Both the position numbers and the translations under genes were made by a program. From Anaeromyxobacter sp. (GTDB taxonomy: Bacteria > Myxococcota > Myxococcia > Myxococcales > Anaeromyxobacteraceae), in NCBI GenBank assembly GCA_049840735.1, contig JASGJN010000017.1, forward strand, positions 96,001 through 160,000: DNA of 64,000 nt. Reading direction: 5' to 3'. The notes under the pieces are model-generated. The model was not told where the DNA came from and made no database searches. It saw nothing but the letters and a program-made list of their open reading frames with translations. This document shows positions 23,459 through 35,674 of this stretch, piece by piece (the first letter of the stretch is position 1; every line of letters starts with the position of its first letter).

Positions 23459-25709
23459 ATGAATCCGGATCCGGACGGGCACGAGCTGGCGCGACGACCC
23501 CAGGGCCGGGTGGTCCTCCGGCCACACCGGGGCGGCCGCCCGGGCCGTGGCCGACGCCGTGGCCATCGAGGTGGACGGCGTGGACCTGGCGGCGGGCCAG
23601 GCCGAGGCCCCGCTGCTCCCGTCGCTGGAGGGGCTCCTGCGGGCCGTCTCCCGGGTGCTCTCCGGGGAGCCCAGCGGCGCGGTGGCGCTGGGCGACGGCG
23701 GCCTGGAGCTGATCATCCGCCGCCGCGGGGCAAGCGCGCTCCTGACCGTGGTCCAGCTCGGGCGCCCCTCGCACGTCCTGGCCCGCGACGTCGAGGTGGA
23801 GCTGGAGGCCCTGGCGGCCGCCGCGCTGGAGGCCGCCGCGCAGCTGTGCCGGGAGCTGGCCGAGGCCGTCCCGGGTGGAGCCCACGACGCGCGCCACCTC
23901 CGCGCCGCCGCCCGCGACCTGCGCCGCACCGAGGCCGCCCCGGCCCGGCCCCTACCCGCCGTGGCTACCCGGCGCGGGCCAGCTCCGGCGCTGGGTCGGG
24001 TCGCCTTCTCGATCGAGGTGGATGACCCGGATGGGGTGCTCCAGGGCTACGAGGGCGGGCGGCCGGACCTGGGCTCGCTGCTGCTGCCGGGCCGGCTGGT
24101 GCTGCACGGGCAGGACGGCCGTGAAGGCCTGGAGCTCGCCGGGTTCCCTTTCCTGGCGCTGCGCGACCTGGTGGCTGGGACGGACCGCGCCCTGGCGGCG
24201 GAGCGGCGCGGCGAGCCGGCGGTGGAGCTGCGGCTGGCCCGGCCGCGCCGCGGCGCCGTGCTGGTGCTGCGCCTGGACCTGGCGGCGGCGCGGACCACCG
24301 CGGACGGCCGGCCGCTCGCCTGCGCGCCGCGCGCGCTCCTCCGGGCGGTCTGCGAGGCGGCGCTGGATCTGGGGCGGCTGGCCCGCTCCCGCAACCCGCG
24401 CCAGGCCGAGAACGTCTACCTCACCGAGCTGGAGGCGGCGGCGGCGGAGCGGATGGCGGAGCTGGAGGAGCTGGTGGGCGGGGACATGCCCGCGCCCGGG
24501 CCGGCGCCGGACGCGGCCGTGCCGCCGGCGGCGGCGGTGGCCAGCGCGCCGCTCGGGCCAGGCCGCCTGCGCCGGCTCTCCTTCAAGCGCGTGGGGCTGC
24601 TGGAGGTCGGGCCGCCGGTGGGCGAGGGGCTCTTGCTGACCCGCGGGCGCGTGGTGGCGGCCGGGCAGCAGGCGGTGGCCGCGCTCGACCTGGCCACCGG
24701 CGCCCGGGCCTGGCAGGCGCAGGGCGGGCGGCTGGCGGCCTTCCTGCCTGGCGCGGTCCTGACCGCCGGCGACGGCCGGCTGCGGGCCGTCTCGCTCTCC
24801 ACCGGCCGGCTCCGCTGGGAGCGGCCGGCGCCGGGCGCCGAGCCCCGGGGCGCGGCGGGGCTGCGGCGCGGCCCCTGGGCGCTGGTGGAGCCCGGGGCCG
24901 TCACCGGCCTGGACCCGCGCACCGGGGCCACGCTCTGGCGGTTCGCGGCGCCGGGCGCCTCGCGGCTTTGCGCCTGCGCGTTCGGCGGGGTGCTGGTGGT
25001 GGCCGGCGACACCGGCTTCGTCCATGGCCTGGACGCCGAGGGGCGGCTGGTCTGGCGCGTGCGCGCGCCCGGTCCGGCGCTGGTGGGGCCGCAGCCGGGG
25101 GCCGGCAGCTGCCTGGTGGCCTGCGAGGCCGGGACGGCCGCGGCGCTCCTGGCGCTGGACCCGGCCACCGGCGTCCGGCGGTGGCAGGCGGCGCTGGAGC
25201 TGGCGCCGGCAGGGCCGGTGATGCCATGGGGCGCGCGCCTGGCCGTCCCGGGGACCATCGGCGGCGACGCGGCGGTGGCGCTGGTGGAGCGCTCCGGCGC
25301 GGTGGCCTGGACCGCCCAGCCGGCCCTGGGCGGCGCGCCCGCGCTGGCTGCCACCGGGGCGCTGCCGGCCGGCCCGGAGCGGCCCGCCAGCGGCGCCGGG
25401 CTGCTGGTGGTGCAGGACCGGACCGGCGCGCTGGTGGCCCTGGACGCGACCGGCGCGACCCGCTGGGCGCGGCCGGCGGGCCACGCCAGCCACGCCAGCG
25501 GGCCGCTGCGGGCGGCGCGCGGCACCGTCGTGCTGGGGGGCGAAGGGGTGACCTGCCTGGACGCCGCCACCGGCGAGATCGTGGGCGCCCTCCCCGCCGC
25601 CGCCGCCGCCCGGCTGGTGGTCGATCCGGAGCTGGGCATCGCCGCGCTGGATCTGGACGGCCAGGTGACCGCCTGGCGGCTGGGGCTGCACCTGAGCGTG
25701 GTCGGGTGA
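23459..25709 (+). CDS. PQQ-like beta-propeller repeat protein (probable start 23459, with a 1-nt insertion at 23462)
   Basis: Repeated ALDxxTGxxxW blades. ATG-(A)-ATC-CGG restores MIRIRTGTSWRDDP in frame with the 23547 ORF. Confidence 0.8.
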
Positions 25710-25716
25710 TCCGGGC

Positions 25717-26451
25717 CTACACGCCCAGGAACAGCCGCTTGCCGAAGTTCAGCGCCAGGTCGGCGTCGAAGATCTTCTGCGCCGAGGACTCCACGTCATA
25801 GGGGACGCGGTGGAACTCGACGGTCTTGGCGGCGCTGTCGTAGATGACGAAGCCGGCGCGGTTGTCGCAGTCGCGCGGCTGGCCCACCGAGCCGACCGAC
25901 ACGACGTAGCGGTAGCCCTTGCGCAGCGTGAAGCGGGTGGCCAGCACCTCCGCCACCTCGCCGTCCGGGTGGATCGCGAATGACTTGCAGAGGTGGGAGT
26001 GGCCCAGGAAGCTGATCTCCGGGAGCCGCCGGGCGTGGGGCACCAGCTCGCGCGCCTGCTCCAGCGCGAAGACGTACTCGTAGGCCTCCGGATCGACGGG
26101 GCTGCCGTGGCTGAACCCCGCCCCGTCCAGCGCCCGGGCGTAGGGCAGCGAGCGCAGCCACTCCAGGTGGTCCGGCTCGATGCGCGAGGCGGTCCAGTCC
26201 AGCGCGTGCCGGGCGGCGTCGTAGTAGAAGCTGTAGTCCATCCGCCCCGACACGGCGGCGTCGTGGTTGCCCAGCAGCGTGAAGGCGCAGGTCTTCCGGA
26301 TCAGCGCGCAGCACTCGTTGACGCTGGCGCCGTAGCCGACCACGTCACCCAGGCACACGATGGTGTCCGGGCGGTGCCGCTCCAAGGCGGCCAGCACCTC
26401 GGTCAGCGCCTCGATGTTCGAGTGGATGTCCGAGATGATCCCGATGCGCAT
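25717..26451 (-). CDS. Calcineurin-like metallophosphoesterase
   Basis: SDIHSN, LGDVVGYG, GNHD, HGS, GHSH, GSVGQPRD. Confidence 0.92.
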   Translation of the reverse strand: MRIGIISDIHSNIEALTEVLAALERHRPDTIVCLGDVVGYGASVNECCALIRKTCAFTLLGNHDAAVSGRMDYSFYYDAARHALDWTASRIEPDHLEWLRSLPYARALDGAGFSHGSPVDPEAYEYVFALEQARELVPHARRLPEISFLGHSHLCKSFAIHPDGEVAEVLATRFTLRKGYRYVVSVGSVGQPRDCDNRAGFVIYDSAAKTVEFHRVPYDVESSAQKIFDADLALNFGKRLFLGV

Positions 26452-26538
26452 GCGGGGCCTGGGCGGCGATGGTAGCCACCGCCGGTACGCCAGGTCAACC
26501 GCCGACGGCCACGGGGGCCGCCGCCGGCGGCTGCCCTC

Positions 26539-27480
26539 TCACGCCCCGGCGGCCGCCAGGACGTCCGCCTCGAGGTCGTCGAAGTGCGCCAGGCGCCGGG
26601 CGTCGGCGAACCGGGCCCTGATCTCACCGGGCGTGAGCGTGCGGAGCCGATCCAGCGAGAACTGCTCGACCGTGAAGCTGGCCAGCACCCCGCCCAGGAC
26701 GATGGCGCGGCGCATGGTGCCGTGGTCCAGCCTCCCACCCCGGGAGGCCAGGTACCCCATGAACCCGCCGGCGAAGGAGTCCCCGGCGCCGGTGGGGTCG
26801 AAGACCGAGGCCAGCGGCATGGCGGCCGCCGCGAAGACCTCGTCGCCGGAGAAGAACAGGGCGCCGTACTCCCCCCGCTTCACCACCACGGCCCGCGGGC
26901 CGAAGGTGAGGATCTTCCGCGCCGCCTTGATGACGTTGTGCTCCCCGGCCAGCTGGCGGGCCTCGGCGTCGTTCACGAAGAGCATGTCCACGCGCTTGAG
27001 CGTCTGGAGCAGGCTCTCGCGCTTGGAGGTGATCCAGAAGTTCATGGTGTCGCAGCCGACGAAGCGCGGGCTCTTCACCTGGTCCAGCACCGCCCGCTGG
27101 AGGTCCGGGTCGATGTTCCCCAGGAACACGAACTCCGAGTCGCGGTAGTGGGCCGGCAGGTCCGGCCTGAAGCTCGCGAACACGTTGAGCTGCGTGTCGA
27201 GCGTATGGGCGGTGTTGAGGTCGAACTCGTAGCGCCCCTTCCAGCGGAAGGTCTGGCCGGGCTGGCGCACCAGGCCGCCCAGGTCGATGCCGCGGGAGCC
27301 CAGGAAGTCGACGTGGGCCTGCGGAAAGTCCTCGCCCACCACCGCCACCACGCGGGTGGGGCCGAAGAAGCTGGCGCAGGTGGAGAAGTAGGAGGCCGAG
27401 CCGCCCAGCACGTCCTCGCGGCGGCCGAACGGGGTCTCGAGCGAGTCCAGGGCCACGGAGCCGACGACGAGGAGGGACAT
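26539..27480 (-). CDS. PfkB-family sugar/nucleoside kinase
   Basis: VVGSVALD, LGGSASY, DPTGAGDSFAGGF. Confidence 0.92.
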   Translation of the reverse strand: MSLLVVGSVALDSLETPFGRREDVLGGSASYFSTCASFFGPTRVVAVVGEDFPQAHVDFLGSRGIDLGGLVRQPGQTFRWKGRYEFDLNTAHTLDTQLNVFASFRPDLPAHYRDSEFVFLGNIDPDLQRAVLDQVKSPRFVGCDTMNFWITSKRESLLQTLKRVDMLFVNDAEARQLAGEHNVIKAARKILTFGPRAVVVKRGEYGALFFSGDEVFAAAAMPLASVFDPTGAGDSFAGGFMGYLASRGGRLDHGTMRRAIVLGGVLASFTVEQFSLDRLRTLTPGEIRARFADARRLAHFDDLEADVLAAAGA

Positions 27481-27545
27481 GTCCACCTTTCCTGGGCGGG
27501 GCGGATGGCCCCGCGCGCCGCGGGGCGGCCTTGGAGCGTTGACGT

Positions 27546-28673
27546 CTAGCGCGCCGGCTGCGGGCCGGTCAACGCTGCAGCGGGCCTGCGGCGCGGATCG
27601 CCCGGGCCGCCCTCGGCGGCCAGCTGGCCGCAGGCGGCGGCGATGTCGCGCCCGCGGTTCTTGCGGACCACCGCGGTCAGGTTGCGCGAGACCAGCAGGT
27701 CGAGGAAGGCCTGCACCCGCTCCGGCGCCGGCGCGGCGAAGCCCAGCCCCGGGTTCTCGTTGTAGGGGATGAGGTTCACCTTGGTCGGGATGCCGCGGGT
27801 GAGCTTCACCAGCCGCTCGGCGTCCTCCAGGCTGTCGTTCACGCCGCCCAGCAGCACGTACTCGAAGGTGATCCGGCGCCCGTTGCGGATGGGGAACTCG
27901 CGGCAGGCCTGGAGCAGCTGCGCCAGCGGGTAGCGCTTGTTGATGGGCATGATGGCGTCGCGCTGCGCGTCGGTGGTGGCGTTGAGCGACACCGCCAGCT
28001 TCACCGGGGTCTCCTCGCCCAGCCGCTTCATCACCGGCACCAGCCCGGAGGTGGAGACCGTGATGTGCCGGTGCGAGAAGTTGGGCCCGTCCTCGGAGAG
28101 GAGCACGTCCAGCGCCGCCTTCAGGCTGCGGTAGTTGGCGAGCGGCTCGCCCATGCCCATGAAGACCAGGTTGGTGAGCGGGCGGTCCCCCTCCCCGTCC
28201 CCCAGCTCCACGATCCGCCGGTTGGCGCGGTGGATCTGGTCCACGATCTCACCCGGCGTCAGGTTGCGCGCCAGCCCCATGGTGCCGGTCATGCAGAAGG
28301 TGCAGCCCACCGCGCAGCCCACCTGCGTGGAGACGCAGAGGGTCTTGCGGTCGGTCTCCGGCATGTAGACCGACTCGATCAGCTTCCCGTCGGCCGTCCG
28401 CCAGGTCCACTTGATGGTGCCGTCGGTCGAGCGCTGCTCGGTGTTGCGGGTGAGCGTGGTCAGGCCGGTGCGGGCCGCCAGCGCGGCGCGCAGGGGCCGC
28501 GACAGGTCGGTCATCTCGTCCAGCGAGGCGGCGCCCTTGCGGTGGAGCCAGCGGAACAGCTGGCGGGCGCGGAACGGCCGCTCCCCCAGGCTGGCCACCA
28601 GCGCCTCCAGCCGCTCCTGCGGGAGCGAGCGCAGGTCGATGACCTCGTCGTGCTTCGGGTCCAGCGTCTCCAT
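27546..28673 (-). CDS. rlmN: Dual-specificity rRNA/tRNA methyltransferase RlmN
   Basis: CVSTQVGCAVGCTFC, MGMGEP, DIAAACGQL. Confidence 0.96.
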   Translation of the reverse strand: METLDPKHDEVIDLRSLPQERLEALVASLGERPFRARQLFRWLHRKGAASLDEMTDLSRPLRAALAARTGLTTLTRNTEQRSTDGTIKWTWRTADGKLIESVYMPETDRKTLCVSTQVGCAVGCTFCMTGTMGLARNLTPGEIVDQIHRANRRIVELGDGEGDRPLTNLVFMGMGEPLANYRSLKAALDVLLSEDGPNFSHRHITVSTSGLVPVMKRLGEETPVKLAVSLNATTDAQRDAIMPINKRYPLAQLLQACREFPIRNGRRITFEYVLLGGVNDSLEDAERLVKLTRGIPTKVNLIPYNENPGLGFAAPAPERVQAFLDLLVSRNLTAVVRKNRGRDIAAACGQLAAEGGPGDPRRRPAAALTGPQPAR

Positions 28674-28685
28674 GTGGCGGTTCCT

Positions 28686-30029
28686 TTAAGGCGCCGGGGC
28701 CGGCCGCGCGACCCCGGGCTCTTCCGGGGCGCCGGCGCGGCGGGCGATCTCCACCCGCGTCACGCGCCGCTCGTCCCCGGCCCGCACCGTGAAGGTCAGG
28801 CCGTCCCAGGTCAGCAGCTCGCCGACGGCCGGCACCCGGCCGGCGGTGGCGGTGACGAAGCCGCCCAGGGTCTCGAAGTCGCCCTCGGGGAAGTGCACCT
28901 CGGCGGCCGGCGTCCCCTCCGGCGCGGCCTCGTCCAGCCGCTCGTTCAGGTAGGCCTCCAGGTCGTGCAGGGGGACGGCGGCGTCGGCCAGCCAGGCGCC
29001 CCCGGGCACCGCCTTGATCGGCGCGGCCTCCACGTCGGCCTCGTCCTGGATCTCGCCCACGATCTCCTCGATGGCGTCCTCCAGCGTCACCAGGCCGCTG
29101 GTGCCGCCGAACTCGTCCACCACGATGGCGAGGTGCGTGCGCCGCCGCTGCATCTCCTTCAGCAGCCGCGAGACCTTCATCCCCTCCGGCACGAAGAAGG
29201 CCGGCTTCACGTGCCGGTCCAGCACCACCGGCCGCCCGGCCACGACCTCCGGCAGGAGCTCCCGCACCAGCAGGATCCCGGTGACGTTGTCGATCGACCC
29301 CTCGTAGACCGGCATGCGGCTGAAGGGGTTCTCGGTGATGATCTTGAGGAGCGCCGCGGGGCTCAGGGCCCGGTCGATGGCCACCATGCGCGTGCGCGGC
29401 ACCATGATCTCGCGCGCCACGCGGTCGGCGAACTCGAGGACGCTGTTGAGCAGCTCCTCCTTGACCTCGTCGAGCACGCCCTCGCGCGTGCCCATCTCGA
29501 TCAGGTACTCGATCTCCTCGCTGGTCACCGCCGGCGAGGCCTGCTTGCCGCCGAAGCGCCCCACGAACCAGCCGCTGACGTGGGTGACCGCCACCGTGAC
29601 CGGCCAGAGCAGCAGGGTCACGGCCTGCACCACCGGGATGACCGCCACGGCCACGCGCACCGGGTGGCGCTTGCCCACGGTCTTGGGGATGATCTCGCCG
29701 AAGAAGAGGATCACCGCCGTGGTGACGGCGGTGGCGGTGGCCACCGCCGTGGCCTCGCTCCACCCGGCGGCCAGCGCCATGTCGGTGCCCATGGCCGCGG
29801 CCAGGGCGCCCGCCCCGACGTTCACCAGGGTGTTGCCGATGAGGAGCGTCGAGAGCACCCGCTCCGGGTGATCGACCCACAGCGTGAGCAGCCGGGCGCG
29901 CCGGCCGCCGGCGTCGCGCAGCTGCCGCGCCCGGGCGTCGCCCAGCGCGGTCAGCGCCGTCTCCGTCCCCGAGCAGAAGGCGGAGGCGATCGTGAAGACC
30001 ACCGCCAGGACCCAGTACCAGCCCGACAC
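28686..30029 (-). CDS. HlyC/CorC (CNNM-CBS-CorC) family membrane protein
   Basis: SGTETAL, GEIIPK, IMVPR, SRMPVY, VVDEFGGTSGLVTLED. Start codon uncertain (30029 or 30035). Confidence 0.9.
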   Translation of the reverse strand: MSGWYWVLAVVFTIASAFCSGTETALTALGDARARQLRDAGGRRARLLTLWVDHPERVLSTLLIGNTLVNVGAGALAAAMGTDMALAAGWSEATAVATATAVTTAVILFFGEIIPKTVGKRHPVRVAVAVIPVVQAVTLLLWPVTVAVTHVSGWFVGRFGGKQASPAVTSEEIEYLIEMGTREGVLDEVKEELLNSVLEFADRVAREIMVPRTRMVAIDRALSPAALLKIITENPFSRMPVYEGSIDNVTGILLVRELLPEVVAGRPVVLDRHVKPAFFVPEGMKVSRLLKEMQRRRTHLAIVVDEFGGTSGLVTLEDAIEEIVGEIQDEADVEAAPIKAVPGGAWLADAAVPLHDLEAYLNERLDEAAPEGTPAAEVHFPEGDFETLGGFVTATAGRVPAVGELLTWDGLTFTVRAGDERRVTRVEIARRAGAPEEPGVARPAPAP

Positions 30030-30196
30030 GCCCAAGCCGCGAAGCTCCTCTCCGGAAAATGCGAAGCCCGCCCCCGGGAGGGGACGGGCTCCGCCATCTT
30101 AGCCTGAAGGACGGCCGAAGCGGACGTCCGGCCGGGGGATGGACCGCCGCACCAGGACGCAACCCGCCGTCCTGACTGGCGATTCCCCGACCCGGC

Positions 30197-30616
30197 TCAG
30201 CCGATCTCGGTCTCGCGGAAGAAGTACGCGACCTCGATCTTGGCGTTCTCCGGGGAGTCCGAACCGTGGACCGTGTTCTTCTCGATGTTGGTCGCGAACT
30301 CCTTGCGGATGGTCCCGGGGGCCGCCTTGGCCGGGTCGGTCGCGCCCATGATCTCGCGGTTCTTGAGGATGGCGTTCTCACCCTCGAGCACCATCAGCAC
30401 CACCGGGCCGCTGGTCATGAACTCCACCAGGCTGCCGAAGAAGGGGCGGGCCTTGTGGACCGCGTAGAAGCCCTCGGCCTCCGCCCTGGAGAGGCGCTGC
30501 CGGCGGACCGCGACCGGCTTGAGCCCCTGCTCCTCGAACTTGGCGATGACCTTGCCGATGACGTTCTTCTCGACGCCGTCGGGCTTGATGATGGAAAGCG
30601 TGCGCTCGACTGCCAT
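30197..30616 (-). CDS. ndk: Nucleoside-diphosphate kinase
   Basis: [18 protein letters not shown]. Confidence 0.97.
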   Translation of the reverse strand: MAVERTLSIIKPDGVEKNVIGKVIAKFEEQGLKPVAVRRQRLSRAEAEGFYAVHKARPFFGSLVEFMTSGPVVLMVLEGENAILKNREIMGATDPAKAAPGTIRKEFATNIEKNTVHGSDSPENAKIEVAYFFRETEIG

Positions 30617-30648
30617 GGTTTGAACCTCCGTTGGAGCTCCGTTTGCGT

Positions 30649-30725
30649 CCGCTCGTGGTGAGCCCTTCGACTCCGCGCCCGCTGCGCGGGCGCTCCGCTC
30701 AGGGCAGGCGGAGTCGAACCACGAG
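30649..30725. repeat. Nested palindromic REP-like element, copy E
   Basis: Plus-oriented unit GCCCT-TCGACTCC-GCGCCCGC-TGC-GCGGGCGC-TCCGCTC-AGGGC (30662-30705) inside a minus-oriented shell CCGCTCGTGGTGAG...GGAGTCGAACCACGAG. Confidence 0.85.
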
Positions 30726-30729
30726 GCCG

Positions 30730-31773
30730 TTACCTGCGGCCGCCGGCCGCCTTCTTCTTCGCCTTCGCGCCGCCCCGGCTGGCCGGGGCCGCCTGCTTCG
30801 ACTTCCGGGCGGGCGCCGGCTTCACGCGCGCCGCCGCCTTGGCCGGCTTGGCCGCCTTCCTGGGGGCCGGCGCCAGCTTCTTCTTCTTCGCCGCCGGCCG
30901 GCTGGCCAGCATCTCCTTCATGGCCTGGCCCAGCAGGTGCGGCCCGTCCACCACCCGGATGCCCGCCTCCCGCATGGCCTTCATCTTGGCGTCGGCCGTG
31001 CCGGAGCCGCCCGAGATGACCGCGCCGGCGTGCCCCATCCGCTTGCCGGGCGGGGCGGTGCGACCGGCGATGAAGCCGACCACCGGCTTGGTCAGGTGGT
31101 CGCGGACGAAGGCAGCGCCCTTCTCCTCCTCGCTGCCGCCGATCTCGCCGATCGTCGATCACGGCCTCGGTGGCCGGATCGTCCTGGAACATGCGCAGCA
31201 CGTCGACGAAGTCGGTCCCGTGGACCGGGTCGCCGCCGATGCCGACCGCCGTGGACTGGCCCAGGCCGAGGTCGGTGAGCTGCTTCACCGCCTCGTAGGT
31301 GAGCGTGCCGGAGCGGGAGACCACGCCCACGCGGCCGGGCCGGTGGATGTGGCCGGGCATGATGCCGATCTTGCAGGCCCCGGGCGTGATCACGCCGGGG
31401 CAGTTGGGCCCGATGAGCCGCACGCCGGGGCGCGCCTCCAGCGCCCGGCGCACCCGGACCATGTCCAGCACCGGGATGCCCTCGGTGATGGCCACGATGA
31501 GCCGGACGCCGGCGTCGGCGGCCTCGAGGATGGCGTCGGCCGCGCCCGGCGGCGGCACGAAGATGGCCGCGGCGTCGGCGCCGGTCTCGGCCACCGCCCT
31601 CGCGACGGTGTCGAAGACCGGGACCTTCTCCTGGAAGCGGGTGCCGCCGCGGTTGGGCGTCACGCCCGCCACCACCTGCGTCCCGTACTCCAGCATCTGC
31701 CGGGCGTGGAAGCTGCCGGCGGAGCCGGTGATGCCCTGCACCAGCACGCGCGTCTTGGCGTCGACCAGGATGC

Positions 31774-31777
<4 letters not shown>
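30730..31777 (-). CDS. sucD: Succinyl-CoA ligase alpha subunit, apparent frameshift near 31155; Lys/Ala-rich tail
   Basis: [32 protein letters not shown] phospho-His motif in the shifted frame. Confidence 0.93.
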
Positions 31778-32955
<1,178 letters not shown>

Positions 32956-32974
32956 GGATCACCCCTGGAGGCTG

Positions 32975-33765
32975 TCACTCCTTGCGGATCCAGTCCTTGA
33001 TCGCCTGGACCGTGGTCTCCCGGAACATCTCCGAGATCGAGGTCGTCAGGGGGATCTTCTGGGGCAGACCTCGACGCAGTTCTGGCTCTTGCCGCAGTCC
33101 TGGATGCCGCCCTCGGCGGTGAGCGCCCGCAGCCGCTCCTCCTTGTGCATCGCGCCGGTGGGGTGGTTGTTGAAGAGCCGGACCTGGTTGATGGCGGCCG
33201 CGCCGATGAACGCGCTGTTCTCGTTCACCTGCGGGCAGGCCTCCAGGCAGCACCCGCAGGTCATGCAGGTGGAGAGCGTGTACATCCACTCCTGCGCCTT
33301 GGGCGACTGCTTGGGGCCGGGGCCCAGGTCGTGGCTGCCGTCGATCGGCACCCAGGCCCGGACCTTCTTCAGCGCCTCGAACATCCGCTGGCGGTCCACC
33401 ATCAGGTCCCGGACCAGCGGGAACTTGGTCATGGGCTCGAGCACCACCGGCTGCTCCAGCTGGTCGATGAGCGCGGTGCAGGCCTGCCGGACCCGTCCGT
33501 TGATCACCATGGTGCAGGCGCCGCAGACCTCCTCCAGGCAGCTGCAGTCCCAGACCACCGGGGTGGTCCTGGTGCCGTCGGCGGTCACCGGGTTGCGCTG
33601 GATGTCCTGCAGGCAGGCGATGACGTTGGTGTTGGGCCGGTACGGCAGCCTGAACACCTCGGTGCGCGCCGGCTGCCCGGGGGCGTCCTGGCGCTTCACC
33701 TGGATCTCGATGTGGGCGGGGGCGGGCTTGGCCGCGCCGGGCTTGCCGTTCGTGTGCGTGGTCAT
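32975..33765 (-). CDS. sdhB: Succinate dehydrogenase iron-sulfur subunit, apparent 1-nt deletion near 33060
   Basis: CLEEVCGAC, CMTCGCCLEACP, CGKSQNCVEVCP; continues KIPLTTSI in the shifted frame. Confidence 0.93.
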
Positions 33766-33778
33766 GGCGTCCTCCGTC

Positions 33779-35656
33779 CTAGTCGTAGTGCCGGGGCTCC
33801 GGCTCCAGCACGGGCGCGGGGATGTCGCGGTAGGTGATGTCCGGCCCCTTCTCCGTGTAGCGGGCCATGGTGGTCTTGCGCCACTTCTCCGTGTTGGCCT
33901 TCCACAGGGCCATGAACTCCGGGTCGTCCTTCGGGCTGCCGGTCTTGGGGCGCGGCAGCGCGAACTCGGGCTTGAAGTGCGAGCCGCGGAACTCGTCCCG
34001 CTGCAGCGCGCCCTTGGCGATGACCTTGGCCAGCTCGATCATGTTCCAGAGCTGGTTCACGAAGGCCATGGACTGGTTCATGGTCCGGCCGGTGTCGAGC
34101 ACGTTGACGTCGGCGGTGCGGGCCTGGAGCTCGTCGATCTTCTCCAGGGTGGCGCGCAGCTTCCCGTTCTCGCGCACCACCGTGCAGTTCTCGGTCATGA
34201 CGTCGCCGAGCTCGCGGGCGATGCCCCACGGGTTCTGCTTGCCGCTCATGGACTTGATCTTCTCGAAGCGGTCCTTCCAGAAGCCCAGCGCGCGGTCGAG
34301 CACCTGCTGCGGGACGGCGCCCGCGCCCTTCTGCGCGTTCTTCGAGTAGAGGGCCATGGCCGGGCCGGTGATCTGGCCGGCGTAGATGCAGGAGAGCAGC
34401 GAGTTGGCGCCCAGGCGGTTGGCGCCGTGGTACTGGTACTCGCACTCACCGGCCGCGTAGAGGCCGGGGATGTTGGTGGAGTGGTTGCGCGGCGACGGCA
34501 CGATGTTGGCGCGCCCGTCGGCCTCGTAGTCGACCCACAGGCCGCCCATCGAGTAGTGCATGCCCGGGAAGATCTCCATGGGCACGAAGCGCGGATCCAC
34601 GCCGCGGAACTTCTCGTAGATCTCCAGCACGCCGCCCAGCTTGCGCGTCAGCACGTCGGGCGGGATGTGGGTCATGTCGAGGTAGACGGCGTCGCGGCCG
34701 TCCACGCCCATCCGCATCTCGCGGCAGACCTGGAAGATCTCGCGGGTGCCGACGTCGCGGGGGACGAGGTTCCCGAACTTCGGGTAGCGCTCCTCCAGGA
34801 AGTACCAGGGCTCGCCCTTGGGCGGCATGGCCTTGCCGGTGACCGGGTCGCTGGCGCGCCCATCCGACGGCACCCACACGCGCCCGCCCTCGCCGCGCAG
34901 CGACTCGCTCATGAGGCGGAGCTTGTCGTCGCCCGGGATGGCCGAGGGGTGGACCTGGATGAACTCGCCGTTGGCGTAGACCGCGCCCTCGACGTAGGCG
35001 CGGGCCGCCGCCGACCCGGTGTTGATGACCGAGTTGGTGGAGCGGCCGAAGACCACGCCCGGGCCGCCGGTGGCGAGGCACACGGCCTCGGCCGGGAAGG
35101 CCTTGAGCTCCATGGTGCGGCAGTCCATGGCGACGATGCCGCGGCAGGCGCCGTCGTCGTCGAGGACGTTGCCCATGTACTCCCAGTACTCGTGCTTCTG
35201 GACCAGCCCCTCGACCTCGTAGCGGCGCACCTGCTCGTCCAGCGCGTAGAGCAGCTGCTGGCCGGTGGTGGCGCCGGCGAAGGCGGTGCGGTGGTGGAGC
35301 GTGCCGCCGAAGCGCCGGAAGTCGATGAACCCCTCCGGCGTCCGGTTGAAGGTCACGCCCATGCGGTCCAGCAGGTAGATGATGCCGGGGGCGGCGTGGC
35401 ACATGCCCTTGACCGGCGCCTGCTCGGCGAGGAAGTCGCCGCCCTTGAGCGTGTCCTTGACGTGGATGTCGGGGCTGTCGCCCTCGCCCTTGGTGTTCAC
35501 CGCGCCGTTGATGCCGCCCTGGGCGCAGACCGAGTGCGAGCGCTTGACCGGGACGATCGAGAAGACGTCGACGTGCTTGCCCGCCTCGGCGAGCTTGATG
35601 ACGGTCATCAGGCCGGCGAGCCCGCCGCCGACGACGATGTAGCGACCTTCAGCCAT
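33779..35656 (-). CDS. sdhA: Succinate dehydrogenase flavoprotein subunit
   Basis: GGGLAG, RSHSVCAQGGIN, HYSMGGL, HGANRLGANSL. Confidence 0.95.
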   Translation of the reverse strand: MAEGRYIVVGGGLAGLMTVIKLAEAGKHVDVFSIVPVKRSHSVCAQGGINGAVNTKGEGDSPDIHVKDTLKGGDFLAEQAPVKGMCHAAPGIIYLLDRMGVTFNRTPEGFIDFRRFGGTLHHRTAFAGATTGQQLLYALDEQVRRYEVEGLVQKHEYWEYMGNVLDDDGACRGIVAMDCRTMELKAFPAEAVCLATGGPGVVFGRSTNSVINTGSAAARAYVEGAVYANGEFIQVHPSAIPGDDKLRLMSESLRGEGGRVWVPSDGRASDPVTGKAMPPKGEPWYFLEERYPKFGNLVPRDVGTREIFQVCREMRMGVDGRDAVYLDMTHIPPDVLTRKLGGVLEIYEKFRGVDPRFVPMEIFPGMHYSMGGLWVDYEADGRANIVPSPRNHSTNIPGLYAAGECEYQYHGANRLGANSLLSCIYAGQITGPAMALYSKNAQKGAGAVPQQVLDRALGFWKDRFEKIKSMSGKQNPWGIARELGDVMTENCTVVRENGKLRATLEKIDELQARTADVNVLDTGRTMNQSMAFVNQLWNMIELAKVIAKGALQRDEFRGSHFKPEFALPRPKTGSPKDDPEFMALWKANTEKWRKTTMARYTEKGPDITYRDIPAPVLEPEPRHYD

Positions 35657-35674
35657 GGTGTGCGGCTCCGGGGG

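Noticed and set aside
30040..30196. Riboswitch upstream of the CorC/HlyC gene
   Set aside because: A GC-rich hairpin is present (about 30064-30091) but matches no aptamer I recognise.
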